A stretch of 49,383 nucleotides of DNA from a virus (lineage: Duplodnaviria; Caudoviricetes), in IMG/VR virus record IMGVR_UViG_3300027533_000006, positions 1 through 49,383 of that record; one strand, 5' to 3'. Of this stretch, positions 16,359 through 25,603 are shown one piece after another (the first letter of the stretch is position 1; every line of letters begins with the position of its first letter). The notes beneath the pieces were generated by a model. That model was given only the letters and a program-made list of their open reading frames with translations, searched no databases and was not told the DNA's origin. A program made the translations under genes and the position numbers.

Positions 16359-17077
16359 AGCTGTGTATGGAGATTCCCGTCGAACACCTCTGGGACCTCT
16401 CGCCTCTGTGCGAGATGGACTTCGCCCTGGCACACATGGTTCTGGACAACAAGCTCTACGCCGAGTTCTACCGGGAGATGAGTGCACGGGGCAGGGAGGT
16501 AATCCTTGACAACAGCTTCCACGAGCTGGGAGTGCCCCTGAGCCCAGTCGAGCTCCGCTTGGCCGCGAGGGCGATAAAGCCCACAGTGGTCGTTGCGCCA
16601 GACCGGCTCGGAGATAGAACGTGGAACTGGGAGCAGTATGAAGAGACGCTCCGTGTGTTCAAGAAGGAGTTCCAGGTCGGGATCGTGGTTACTGGAGGAG
16701 ATCCCAACGTCCGGAGCCAGTTCATAGCGGCCGCGCTAAGCCGAGGTTGCAGCTGGTTCTTCTGGCCCTTCAAGGAGCCACGTAGCGAATGGATCCGGAC
16801 GCACATCCAGGAGTTCAAGCGATACGAGGTCCGGCACCATCTCCTCGGAGTGAACACCCTGTCCGAGCTAAAGAGCATCCGCACGATCCTCGAGGAGCAA
16901 GGGATCAAGGCAAGTGTGGACACCAGTAAGCCGATCAAGTTCGGGCAACAGCTGAAGCGGTTCGAGCCGGGGATCGATTTACGGGGAACGGGGCCGTTAC
17001 GGATGGACGCTGTCCTGACAAAGGAGGAGCTGGCGTGCACGTACTACAACGTGGCGTATCTCAGGAGATTCGCATGA
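16355..17077 (+). CDS. dpdA: Divergent DpdA/TGT-like (TIM-barrel) 7-deazaguanine transglycosylase
   Basis: ILDNS, APD.LGD, HHLLG and SVDTS correspond to TGT/DpdA motifs; same arm as queCDE/folE. Confidence 0.7.
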   Translation: MKLCMEIPVEHLWDLSPLCEMDFALAHMVLDNKLYAEFYREMSARGREVILDNSFHELGVPLSPVELRLAARAIKPTVVVAPDRLGDRTWNWEQYEETLRVFKKEFQVGIVVTGGDPNVRSQFIAAALSRGCSWFFWPFKEPRSEWIRTHIQEFKRYEVRHHLLGVNTLSELKSIRTILEEQGIKASVDTSKPIKFGQQLKRFEPGIDLRGTGPLRMDAVLTKEELACTYYNVAYLRRFA

Positions 17078-18465
17078 AGCAGGCGACGCCACTCCCAATC
17101 AGCCAGCAGATCGCGAAGCTGATGGAGTTCCTCGCCGGAGTCAACGACGTACGTGGTGGCGCCCTGTACAACCAGATCCTAGAATGGGTCTTGTTGCTCC
17201 CACCCGCCTCTCGCCCGCCTGAACTACTCCGTGCGATGCAACACAGCTTCCACCTCACGGACGCGGAGCTCTCTACTGCCTTGGACATGAAGAAGAAGCG
17301 GATCCCCGACTTCATGTCCCTGGTGCCAGCGCAGAGCTGGCTTGCGGACTACATGCTCTTCACCCTCAACACGGAGCCGCCTGATGTCTTCCACTTCTTC
17401 GCCGGATGTGTCGCTATTGGAAGCGTGCTGGGCCGGAACGTCTACTACGACAAAGGGGCGTATCAAATCTACCCTAACCTTGCAGTTCTTATCGTTGCAC
17501 CCTCCGGGAAGTGCCGGAAGACAAGTGCTTGCAATGTTGCAATGTCCCTCCTGCGCAAGGGGGGTGGAACTGTACTTGCAGACAAAGCTACCCCTGAAGC
17601 TCTTACTGCTGCCTTCCAAGACAAGACGGAGTCCATCGCTACGATCTACGCCCCGGAGTTCGCGGTCTTCCTCGGCAAGCAAAAGTACCAGGAGGGGATG
17701 ATCCCCCTCCTGACCGCGCTCTTCGACTGTCCGAAGGAGTTCAAGAGCGTCACGATCACGAGGGGAGAGGTGATCCTCTACAACGCGGCCTTCTCAATGC
17801 TAGCCTGCAGCACCATGGACTGGATCCAGACCGCCATTCCGAGGGACGCGTTTGGTGGGGGGTTCATGTCCAGGCTCCTCTTCGTAATCCAACACGACAC
17901 TCCCCGGATCTTCCCCCGTCCCCCGGCCATGAACAAGGAACTGGAATCACGGCTGGTCCAGGGACTCAGAACCCTGAGCGGGTTACGGGGGGAGTTCCAC
18001 ATGACTGCCGAAGGCGAGCAGTGGTACGACAACTGGTATCTCAACAGAGGGGAGTCAGGGAACACGGACAAGCAGTTCGCCGGGTACTCGGAGCGGAAGC
18101 CGGATCACCTTATCCGTCTCGCCATGATCCTCTCAGCGAGTGGCGGAAGTTCCTTGGTCCTCACTCCTGCTAACCTGAAGCGGAGTCTCCAGATTCTGGA
18201 GTGGTTGGAGCTCTTCCTCCCAGGTGCCTTCGGAGAGATGAACCAGAACGCCTTCGGAGAAGATCAGTCACGGTTGCTGACCCAGCTCAAGCGGAAGGGT
18301 GGCAAGATGCTCCACAGCGACTGGCTCCGCTTGAACAGCAATCGGATGAGACAGAGGGAGTTCCGGGAACTGATGGAGACCCTGAAGAGCGCAGGCCTCG
18401 TCGAGTACGACGCGCCCACACATACGTACTTCCTAACAACAGAGGGATGGGCTTTCAACACCTAG
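17074..18465 (+). CDS. DUF3987-like P-loop helicase/replication protein with C-terminal winged helix
   Basis: YPNL.VLIVAPSG.CRKTS, TPEAL, EF, GGFMSR motifs. Confidence 0.75.
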   Translation: MKQATPLPISQQIAKLMEFLAGVNDVRGGALYNQILEWVLLLPPASRPPELLRAMQHSFHLTDAELSTALDMKKKRIPDFMSLVPAQSWLADYMLFTLNTEPPDVFHFFAGCVAIGSVLGRNVYYDKGAYQIYPNLAVLIVAPSGKCRKTSACNVAMSLLRKGGGTVLADKATPEALTAAFQDKTESIATIYAPEFAVFLGKQKYQEGMIPLLTALFDCPKEFKSVTITRGEVILYNAAFSMLACSTMDWIQTAIPRDAFGGGFMSRLLFVIQHDTPRIFPRPPAMNKELESRLVQGLRTLSGLRGEFHMTAEGEQWYDNWYLNRGESGNTDKQFAGYSERKPDHLIRLAMILSASGGSSLVLTPANLKRSLQILEWLELFLPGAFGEMNQNAFGEDQSRLLTQLKRKGGKMLHSDWLRLNSNRMRQREFRELMETLKSAGLVEYDAPTHTYFLTTEGWAFNT

Positions 18466-18470
18466 GAGCC

Positions 18471-18857
18471 ATGATGGCCATTCAGTGGGATCGGATAGCA
18501 CAGGAGTTGGGATACAAGGACCCACAGCACATGTGGACGGTGCTGTACAACAAGCACAGCGTGGGGCAACTGGCCATGCGGTTCGCCATTAGCGTGAACA
18601 CGGTCCGTGCCGAGTTGAAGCGACACGACATAAGACCCAAGCCCCCAGGCGGAGCGAATAACCTGAAGCTCGAGATCACGCCGGCCCTTCTAGAGCGGGT
18701 CCAGACGCAGGGCGTGCTAAGCCTGAGCAGGGAGTTGGAGTTGGATGAGACGACGTTGTACAAGGCCCTCAAGAGGGCGGGTTACAACGCGAGGGGACAC
18801 AAGGACGAGAGTGGGGGGAGTGATACCCCCCACCAAGCTATTTCGGAGGAGGTGTAG
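18471..18857 (+). CDS. Tandem HTH DNA-binding protein (possible late regulator)
   Basis: SVGQLAMRFAISVNTVRAELKR and LSRELELDETTLYKALKR; last gene of the + arm. Confidence 0.75.
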   Translation: MMAIQWDRIAQELGYKDPQHMWTVLYNKHSVGQLAMRFAISVNTVRAELKRHDIRPKPPGGANNLKLEITPALLERVQTQGVLSLSRELELDETTLYKALKRAGYNARGHKDESGGSDTPHQAISEEV

Positions 18858-20982
18858 TAGATGGGAATCCGAGGAACCGCTTCGTCGCTTCTCCCACATC
18901 AGCGTTCCACATCATCTCGAGCGACTCCGTCGTCCGTCGAATCTGGCCCCACGGAATGGGGACGTTCTGCTGCACGATGTTCCGTCCGAGACGCTGGGCC
19001 TGGAGCCGGTCAACCAGGTTCGCGCTCTCGGTCCCCATGATCGTAGGGAAGTAGCTCTCCTTCGTCTTCTCCCACGACTTCCCTACATCAATGTTCCCGC
19101 CCGCAGCTAGCTTCGCAGCGCTCCCAGCTTGCTGCATCATCTCCATATACGGACCACCCGTGTACCCGAACGGGGCAAAGAAGCTCCACTTGCTCAGGTC
19201 CACACCCAGCACGCTCGAGGCCCCTAATGCCATTGCCCCGTTCACGCCGAGCCAGCGACTGAAAGCCGTGATCCGATTCTTCTGGCTTCCCCTCCGATAC
19301 ATGTTCCCCATGTACTCCATGTACTGCGCCGGCCACGTACCGTACTGCCCGAGGAAGCGGCCCATCGTGGAATTCATCACGTAGGGATTGTTTCCCCGAC
19401 TGTAGATGAACTGTGTATCCTGCATGAACTTGAAGGCCATCTCGTGCTGCGCGGTCTCCACGTTCCCCTCAGCCAGGAGCTTCCGGATCACCTGGGTAAA
19501 CGGACCCTCCGCGTTGTCCAACCTGTCCAACTTGCTGGCTTCGAAGAATTGGACCCAGTTCGTCTCACCCTTCGCGAAGCGCTTGAGGTGCGGGAGGCTG
19601 TGCCCCATCATTGCATCATAGGCCGTGATGCGCATGAAGTCATCCGCCGACTTGAAGGCAACGGTCCCCTTCTCTTGGAAGAACCTAACGGCCTCTGACA
19701 CCTGGCCCGCGACCCCGCGGCCCTGGAATTGACGGAGTGCATCACTCACTTCCCGGAACTGCTCGTGCTGCACGTTGCGAGTGATCACACCCCTCGCCTC
19801 GTAGTACTTCTGCAGCTTCTCGTCCCGCATCCACTTGACCGCAGTCTTCATCGCGGACAAGGTGTTGTTGATGCCCATATCCGGCATTACGGTCTGAAGG
19901 GGCTGCATGAACTGCCGTAGCACCGCGCCCGGATTCCAAGCCAAGTTAGCCTGGTAGTTCCAGCTGACCATCATCGAAGTGAGGTCCCTCAGGTCACTCT
20001 TATTCAGGACCACGGCGATCTTCTTGAACCCACTTGTCCCGTCCAGCTTGGTGAGAATCCGCCGCATCGACTCCGCAAGGGCGAGTTGCGTCGCATCGGG
20101 AGAGTGGCGAACCTGGTGCAGATAGCGGAGGAACAGTTCCCCAGTCTGAGGGTTCATCTGATCCGCGAACGCCTTAAACTGGTTGACCGCGAGGTTCCAA
20201 TGCGGGGCGAGGTGTGTCTCCGTGCTCACCGCGCGGAAGAGGGTCTTCGCGATGATCTGTGCATCCAACTCCCTGTCGACAGGGGCCTCTCCCGTCCGCA
20301 CGGAACGGGAGATAAGGCTGCTGATTTTCCCGGGTGTCTTGATCTGACTGAACTTGCTGTAGTCTCCACCCATCGCCCGGATAGTAGGGACGAAGTTGCC
20401 CAGCAGCTCCGCAACGTCCTCCGCGCTGTAGTCCAGCTTCGCGAAGTAGTCCACATACGTCTTCATCAGCTGATCGTGCATCGTCTGGACGTACGCAGCC
20501 TTCTCCGCCGGGAGTCCCTTCAAGAGGGCAGCCTTCCCCTTCTCGTTCCCCGCCATCTCAAACAGCTCCTGGACCATCTCCCTCTCTTGCCGGGTGCTTC
20601 CGGAGAAGATCTTGGGAATGATGCTATACGACGCCTCCGCTAGGAACGTCTCAGCATCCCTCCGACCCAACTCGATACTGCGATACCACGTCCAGAAGGG
20701 GATACCGGTCTCCCTCTGCAAGTCCTGCAGCATGTTCCCCGTAGGACGGAAGAAGCGGGTGATGCTAGCGAAGACGCCCCCTTTATCCGGAGCCAGCTCC
20801 TTCCCACCCTTTTGGATGCTGTCCATGATCTCCTGGTTCATCGCGGCATCGGAGATGTCCAGGTGACGCGGGCCCTCAGCGTCGCGAGGCTCGAACGTCT
20901 CCTCCGACTGGCCAACGACCTCTTCCAGGTCCCGATTGTCCCGCGGACCCCTAGCAGGGGGGCAGTTTGGCAAAGGCGGCAT
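18838..20982 (-). CDS. Internal virion/ejection protein (714 aa)
   Basis: Large helical protein at the end of the morphogenesis operon; RBS GGAGG. Confidence 0.7.
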   Translation of the reverse strand: MPPLPNCPPARGPRDNRDLEEVVGQSEETFEPRDAEGPRHLDISDAAMNQEIMDSIQKGGKELAPDKGGVFASITRFFRPTGNMLQDLQRETGIPFWTWYRSIELGRRDAETFLAEASYSIIPKIFSGSTRQEREMVQELFEMAGNEKGKAALLKGLPAEKAAYVQTMHDQLMKTYVDYFAKLDYSAEDVAELLGNFVPTIRAMGGDYSKFSQIKTPGKISSLISRSVRTGEAPVDRELDAQIIAKTLFRAVSTETHLAPHWNLAVNQFKAFADQMNPQTGELFLRYLHQVRHSPDATQLALAESMRRILTKLDGTSGFKKIAVVLNKSDLRDLTSMMVSWNYQANLAWNPGAVLRQFMQPLQTVMPDMGINNTLSAMKTAVKWMRDEKLQKYYEARGVITRNVQHEQFREVSDALRQFQGRGVAGQVSEAVRFFQEKGTVAFKSADDFMRITAYDAMMGHSLPHLKRFAKGETNWVQFFEASKLDRLDNAEGPFTQVIRKLLAEGNVETAQHEMAFKFMQDTQFIYSRGNNPYVMNSTMGRFLGQYGTWPAQYMEYMGNMYRRGSQKNRITAFSRWLGVNGAMALGASSVLGVDLSKWSFFAPFGYTGGPYMEMMQQAGSAAKLAAGGNIDVGKSWEKTKESYFPTIMGTESANLVDRLQAQRLGRNIVQQNVPIPWGQIRRTTESLEMMWNADVGEATKRFLGFPSTTPPPK

Positions 20983-23900
20983 TCTTCTCCTCCGGAGGGA
21001 ACATCCGATACTGACCCTGACTGTCTGCCTGGAGCTTCCCCGCCATGAACTCTTCCTTCATGCTCTTGCTCTTGTACCAGCTGTACATGAAGGCGTCCGA
21101 CGGGTCCCTTCCCTTCAAGATGTCCAGGCCATCGGGGATCTTCCTATCGATGTCGGACAAGATCACGTGAGTAGGTCGCGGCATCCCGTTCGCATCTCGG
21201 ACCTCTACTCCTAGCTTCTGGAAGCCCTGCTCCCATTGCTTGAAGATCTGTTGCACCTTGTTCTCGTCGTACACGAACATCTTCTGCCTGCCGTTCACAA
21301 GCTCCGGTGCTGTCCACGTACGAAGGGACCGCATCTGTGGAACCTTCTCTGCGAGGTTGTCGAGGATCGCTTGGACCCGGTTCGGAGGAGACATAACGCG
21401 GAGTGCAGCCTCCGTCAGCCCTTTTCCTCCGGCCTGCTGTACTCCACCGATCTCGGCGTGGGGAACCACGTACATCTCCATCCCAGGGCGACCTGCAGAG
21501 ACGACCTCCTGGAAGGCCTGGTCCACAGCTTGAGCGGGGAGGAAAGCCTTGGAGTCCACATCGGGATCCCGTCCCCGCTCCCGCCCCATGTTCCACGTTC
21601 GCTCCAGCTCCCCTTCCAACTTCACCCCACTCTTCTTGATCGGGATCTTGGAGATCGCAGCCATGGCTTCCATCGGGTGATGGAACACTTGCTTCTCGCC
21701 TGCAAGTGCATTCTCCACTGTCCAGGTTCCCAGCTTGGGGTCCCTCTTCACGCTGTAGCCACGGAGCGAGGCCTGCTTCTCCAGCTCACCTGGAGACACG
21801 TAACCCAGGTCGATGTCCGCAGCCTCCCGAAGGGTCATGCTCGGCTTCTGCTTCCCTGGAGCATGGGTTGTGTGGCTCACACGGAGGCGGACGGGCGTGG
21901 ACTCAGGGACTCCTGCCTTGATCAACTTCCGCGCTGCGTCCCTGAACTGGACCATGTTGGGATTCGTCCCTTGGGTCTTGTCGAAGATCTCGTAGCTACG
22001 GAGAGTGCTGACCCGTTGAGTGGGATCGCCAAGCGTCCACCGACCGGTTGCTGGGTCCTTGTACTTCACATCCGGACGCTGGGTCTTATCCGGAAGCCCC
22101 CTGGGATCGTGGATCTTCTGCACCTTCCGCCGGGCCGTTGGATCCAGGTCCTCGAGCGCAACGTTCTCGTCGTAAACAATGCTCCGGTTCGTGATCCCGG
22201 AGGTCTTGGTCCGATCGATCTCACCCTCAGCAGTCCGGACAACGAGCTGCTGTCTACGAGGCTCGAAGCCTGCAGTGAAGCGGTTGTCCCAATACCCCTC
22301 TGGCCCACTCGGAGCGAGGTCACCCGCTGCAGCCTTCCCTCCGAAGCTCTGCCGATACGCACCGAACTCCGACGGAGCGACAGGCTGCGCGCGGTCCAGA
22401 CGGCCGATGTTCGCTCGGAGCCCAGTCTGTGACTCTGTCTCCTGGATCACAACGGGGGTAACGCTGAGGGTGAGAGTGTCATCCCGGTGACTGAAGCCTC
22501 GAACAAGCTCGTGCTCGTAGTCCGAGGAGGGGTCAGCGGACGTGAACTCCGGTTCCCGCCAATACCCACCCGGAGCGTCGAGCGGCTCCGGTGTAACGTC
22601 CCCCGTTCCGAGGTCCACGGTGAAGCGACGTTCCTTCCCACTACGATGGGCCCTGAGGTTGAGCACTGGCCCCTGAGTGGGGATAAGAGCGTTCACATCC
22701 GTGAATGGAGCGACAATCTCCTTGCCACCCACCTCGAGACGGATGTACCCAGCCTGCAGCTGCATCTGGCGGAGGGCCTCAGGCATCGGTTCGGGTGGCG
22801 GCGTGGTCAACTCGCTCACACGGCGAGAGACACTCTGGCCCGCAGCCTGCCTCGCAGCGATATCGGCACTGTACGCCTTAAACTCGTCCCGGAGCTCCTC
22901 TACCAGTTCCGGTGTCCCGTGTTGAGAAGCTAAGGTCATCCGACGAGAGTAGTCCAGACGGCTCCACTGGTCCTGACTGACGTAGGGCACCAGCTCCTGC
23001 GGGACTGCTTCGGCCTCGTAGCTCCGGGACCTGGGAACCATCTCGCGGCCCTGCACCCGTGTTGGAAGATCGGGTTCCTCCCCTGACATGAGCTTGGACC
23101 GGTACATAGTCTCGGGGGTGTCTGCGAACTCAGGCCCGGAGGGTCCCTCTCCAGGTGTGGGACGAGCGGGACGCTTCCGACCCATCACGTTGCCCTCTGC
23201 GTCCACTCGCTCGCCTGCACGGTTCCAGAGGTACTCCCGACGCCGCTCTCCCGTACCTTGGACGACCTTCGTCTGCTCCGGGGTCACCAGAGTCACAGGC
23301 TTCCCTTGTCCCAGGTTCTCTGCGTAGAGCAGCGCCTGGTCGGAGTCCTTGAACTTCTTCAGGGTTGTCCCGTCCTTCTTCCGTACGACCCACGTCTTCT
23401 TGTCCGTGGCACTCCTGTCCACGATAAACTCAGAGGCAGGGACCTCCGTGAGCATGGTCCCCTTCTTCGCCGGAATCCCGAGAGCCGAGCCGGAGATGTC
23501 CTGTACCGGAACCTGGGTCGCAGCGGCCGCCTGCTTCACAGGAGCTGTATCCGGTCGTACTACAGCAACGTACTCACCCTTGCCGATGATCGACTTAGCG
23601 TACGCCTGGGCCGACTTCGAGTCCTCGAACTCCTCTAAGACCTCGTTGTTCTTCGTCCGGACGGTCCACTTACAGGGGCTGTGGCAATCCTCGCTGATCG
23701 TGACGTCCGCTGGCTTCGACCCCTCCGCAGTTACCTCGGATCGGGAAACTTTCCCCGAAGGGAGCCTAATGGGACCTTTGCCCTCTCGTGCGAACTGGAC
23801 TGCGTGTTCTGGACGCAGCTCATCAACATGCGCCTTCGAGTAGCCGAGGTCGTACAACTGCTGACGAACGTCACGTGTGACCGTGACACCGGGAGCTTGT

Positions 23901-25603
23901 ACCTCTGCAGCCTTCCCCTCAACCATGGCCTTGTCTGCAGCCATGGACTCTTCCATTCGGGCCTTCGCTGCCTGGACCTCGGGTGTGTTCTGGACGTACA
24001 GCGCGTTCGCTCGAGTAGTGGCTTCCTTCGCGGTCGCGAACTCTTCCTCAACCCCGGTCGACTGTTGTACAATCCACTTCCCATTCTTCCCGTACACTCG
24101 GGTGCTTCCCGGTTCCATTCCCTCGACCGCAGCTCGACCCGGACCGCCACTGGCCGAGGCTCCTACCTCGAGGACTGTCCCGGTCACCGTGCCCCCGCCG
24201 GGCACGCGGACTGTGACTGTGGCGCCGACTTGTGGAACGTTGCCACTGTGGGCCACGGTCCCTGGAGCAGGCGCCCCTTGAATCGTTCGCTTGGCCCCTG
24301 GCCCGTTCTCCAAGAGGTTGAGCATCCACGAAGCGGCTCCCTTATCCGAGGCACCGTACGTAGCCTCCAGGATCTCCACCTTGTGACCCATCAACCGTGC
24401 GGACTCCATCTTCTGGCCCCACGAGAAGACGGTGTTCCGGAACAGGTTCTTGTCCGCTCCCGTTGCGTCGGACTTGAAGAGGGTCTCCTCCTCAATCCCG
24501 TTGATCCGAGTCTTTATGGTGACCCCGGAGCCTCTCTCAACGCCCGCCTGAACGGTCCAGAAGTTGGGCGAGCGCATGTTGAAGGCTTCCACAATCTTCG
24601 CGGACTGGTGGGCGAGTGGAGTCTTCTCCGCCGGAGTCCCTTGTGTCGCCTTGAGCACCTGCTCCGCTGTCTCTACATCCTTCGTAGAGGACCCGTTCCG
24701 GATGGAGCCCATCTTAGACTCTACGTTGTCCGTATGCTGACCAGTCTTGGAAGCAATCTCCTCTACCACCTGGTCCAGCTTCTTCTTCCCCTCCCGGATC
24801 TCCGTCCGCAGTGCCCGGTGTGTGGTGCCAAGTACAACCGCAGCGTCGAGGACAGCACCTCCACCTGCGTTCAGCATCACATTGTACACCCGGTCTTCCC
24901 CGCTATCCGCTTCTGCGGCGATGCTGAACATCCCGCCGGCTGTAGCGCCTGCCCCTACGATCCGGCCGATGCTCTTCGTTGCTGCACCCACACGCCAGAT
25001 AGCGTTCGCAGCCTTCACGGATCCGACACCTGGAATCGCGGTTCCCGCTAATTCAGCGAGGACCTGGGGAGCATAGGACCCTGCCTTCGCTTCCGCAGGG
25101 CTGAAGCCTGCAACACCGTACGAGGGCTGCTGGATGAACTTCTCCATCGTAGCCCGATCCGCTTCGGCCGTTTGACCCAGGCTCTCGTACCAGCTTGGCA
25201 TCAACGAGGCGATGGGAGCCATCAGGCCGTGGAAGAAGCTCGCTGTGGGACCCCTGACCAGCGCGGCCGCAGCGGCTGTGTTCGCAACGGGAGGAACGTA
25301 CCCCTGTCTCCGGAAGGTCTTCGCGGAGACAGCGCTCCCTCCTAGCTTCTCCCTGTCGTAGCCCGGCTCCCCGGGAGTTTGGAAGGGGCTCCTGGTGATC
25401 GGGATCCCGAACGTCCCTTCAGCCTCGTTCCGGGCATTCAGGTCCTTGATCAGAGCCTCGTCCGCCTGCTTGTCCACCTGGTCCTGTACTGCACCAGAGG
25501 CGATCATCTCCAACTCTTCCATTGGAGTGAGAGGACGAGGCGTTCGAGGCTTAGCGAGCTCCTTCGCCCCAAGCGTGAGGACATCCTGGAGTGGATCGTT
25601 CAC
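20951..25603 (-). CDS. Large internal virion protein (1550 aa) with four W-x-V...F...A repeats
   Basis: Size and position typical of podovirus ejection proteins. Confidence 0.7.
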   Translation of the reverse strand: MNDPLQDVLTLGAKELAKPRTPRPLTPMEELEMIASGAVQDQVDKQADEALIKDLNARNEAEGTFGIPITRSPFQTPGEPGYDREKLGGSAVSAKTFRRQGYVPPVANTAAAAALVRGPTASFFHGLMAPIASLMPSWYESLGQTAEADRATMEKFIQQPSYGVAGFSPAEAKAGSYAPQVLAELAGTAIPGVGSVKAANAIWRVGAATKSIGRIVGAGATAGGMFSIAAEADSGEDRVYNVMLNAGGGAVLDAAVVLGTTHRALRTEIREGKKKLDQVVEEIASKTGQHTDNVESKMGSIRNGSSTKDVETAEQVLKATQGTPAEKTPLAHQSAKIVEAFNMRSPNFWTVQAGVERGSGVTIKTRINGIEEETLFKSDATGADKNLFRNTVFSWGQKMESARLMGHKVEILEATYGASDKGAASWMLNLLENGPGAKRTIQGAPAPGTVAHSGNVPQVGATVTVRVPGGGTVTGTVLEVGASASGGPGRAAVEGMEPGSTRVYGKNGKWIVQQSTGVEEEFATAKEATTRANALYVQNTPEVQAAKARMEESMAADKAMVEGKAAEVQAPGVTVTRDVRQQLYDLGYSKAHVDELRPEHAVQFAREGKGPIRLPSGKVSRSEVTAEGSKPADVTISEDCHSPCKWTVRTKNNEVLEEFEDSKSAQAYAKSIIGKGEYVAVVRPDTAPVKQAAAATQVPVQDISGSALGIPAKKGTMLTEVPASEFIVDRSATDKKTWVVRKKDGTTLKKFKDSDQALLYAENLGQGKPVTLVTPEQTKVVQGTGERRREYLWNRAGERVDAEGNVMGRKRPARPTPGEGPSGPEFADTPETMYRSKLMSGEEPDLPTRVQGREMVPRSRSYEAEAVPQELVPYVSQDQWSRLDYSRRMTLASQHGTPELVEELRDEFKAYSADIAARQAAGQSVSRRVSELTTPPPEPMPEALRQMQLQAGYIRLEVGGKEIVAPFTDVNALIPTQGPVLNLRAHRSGKERRFTVDLGTGDVTPEPLDAPGGYWREPEFTSADPSSDYEHELVRGFSHRDDTLTLSVTPVVIQETESQTGLRANIGRLDRAQPVAPSEFGAYRQSFGGKAAAGDLAPSGPEGYWDNRFTAGFEPRRQQLVVRTAEGEIDRTKTSGITNRSIVYDENVALEDLDPTARRKVQKIHDPRGLPDKTQRPDVKYKDPATGRWTLGDPTQRVSTLRSYEIFDKTQGTNPNMVQFRDAARKLIKAGVPESTPVRLRVSHTTHAPGKQKPSMTLREAADIDLGYVSPGELEKQASLRGYSVKRDPKLGTWTVENALAGEKQVFHHPMEAMAAISKIPIKKSGVKLEGELERTWNMGRERGRDPDVDSKAFLPAQAVDQAFQEVVSAGRPGMEMYVVPHAEIGGVQQAGGKGLTEAALRVMSPPNRVQAILDNLAEKVPQMRSLRTWTAPELVNGRQKMFVYDENKVQQIFKQWEQGFQKLGVEVRDANGMPRPTHVILSDIDRKIPDGLDILKGRDPSDAFMYSWYKSKSMKEEFMAGKLQADSQGQYRMFPPEEKNAAFAKLPPC

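Noticed and set aside
20951-20982. Programmed frameshift fusing the 1550-aa and 714-aa proteins
   Set aside because: The downstream ORF has its own GGAGG RBS and ATG, and I saw no clear slippery sequence.
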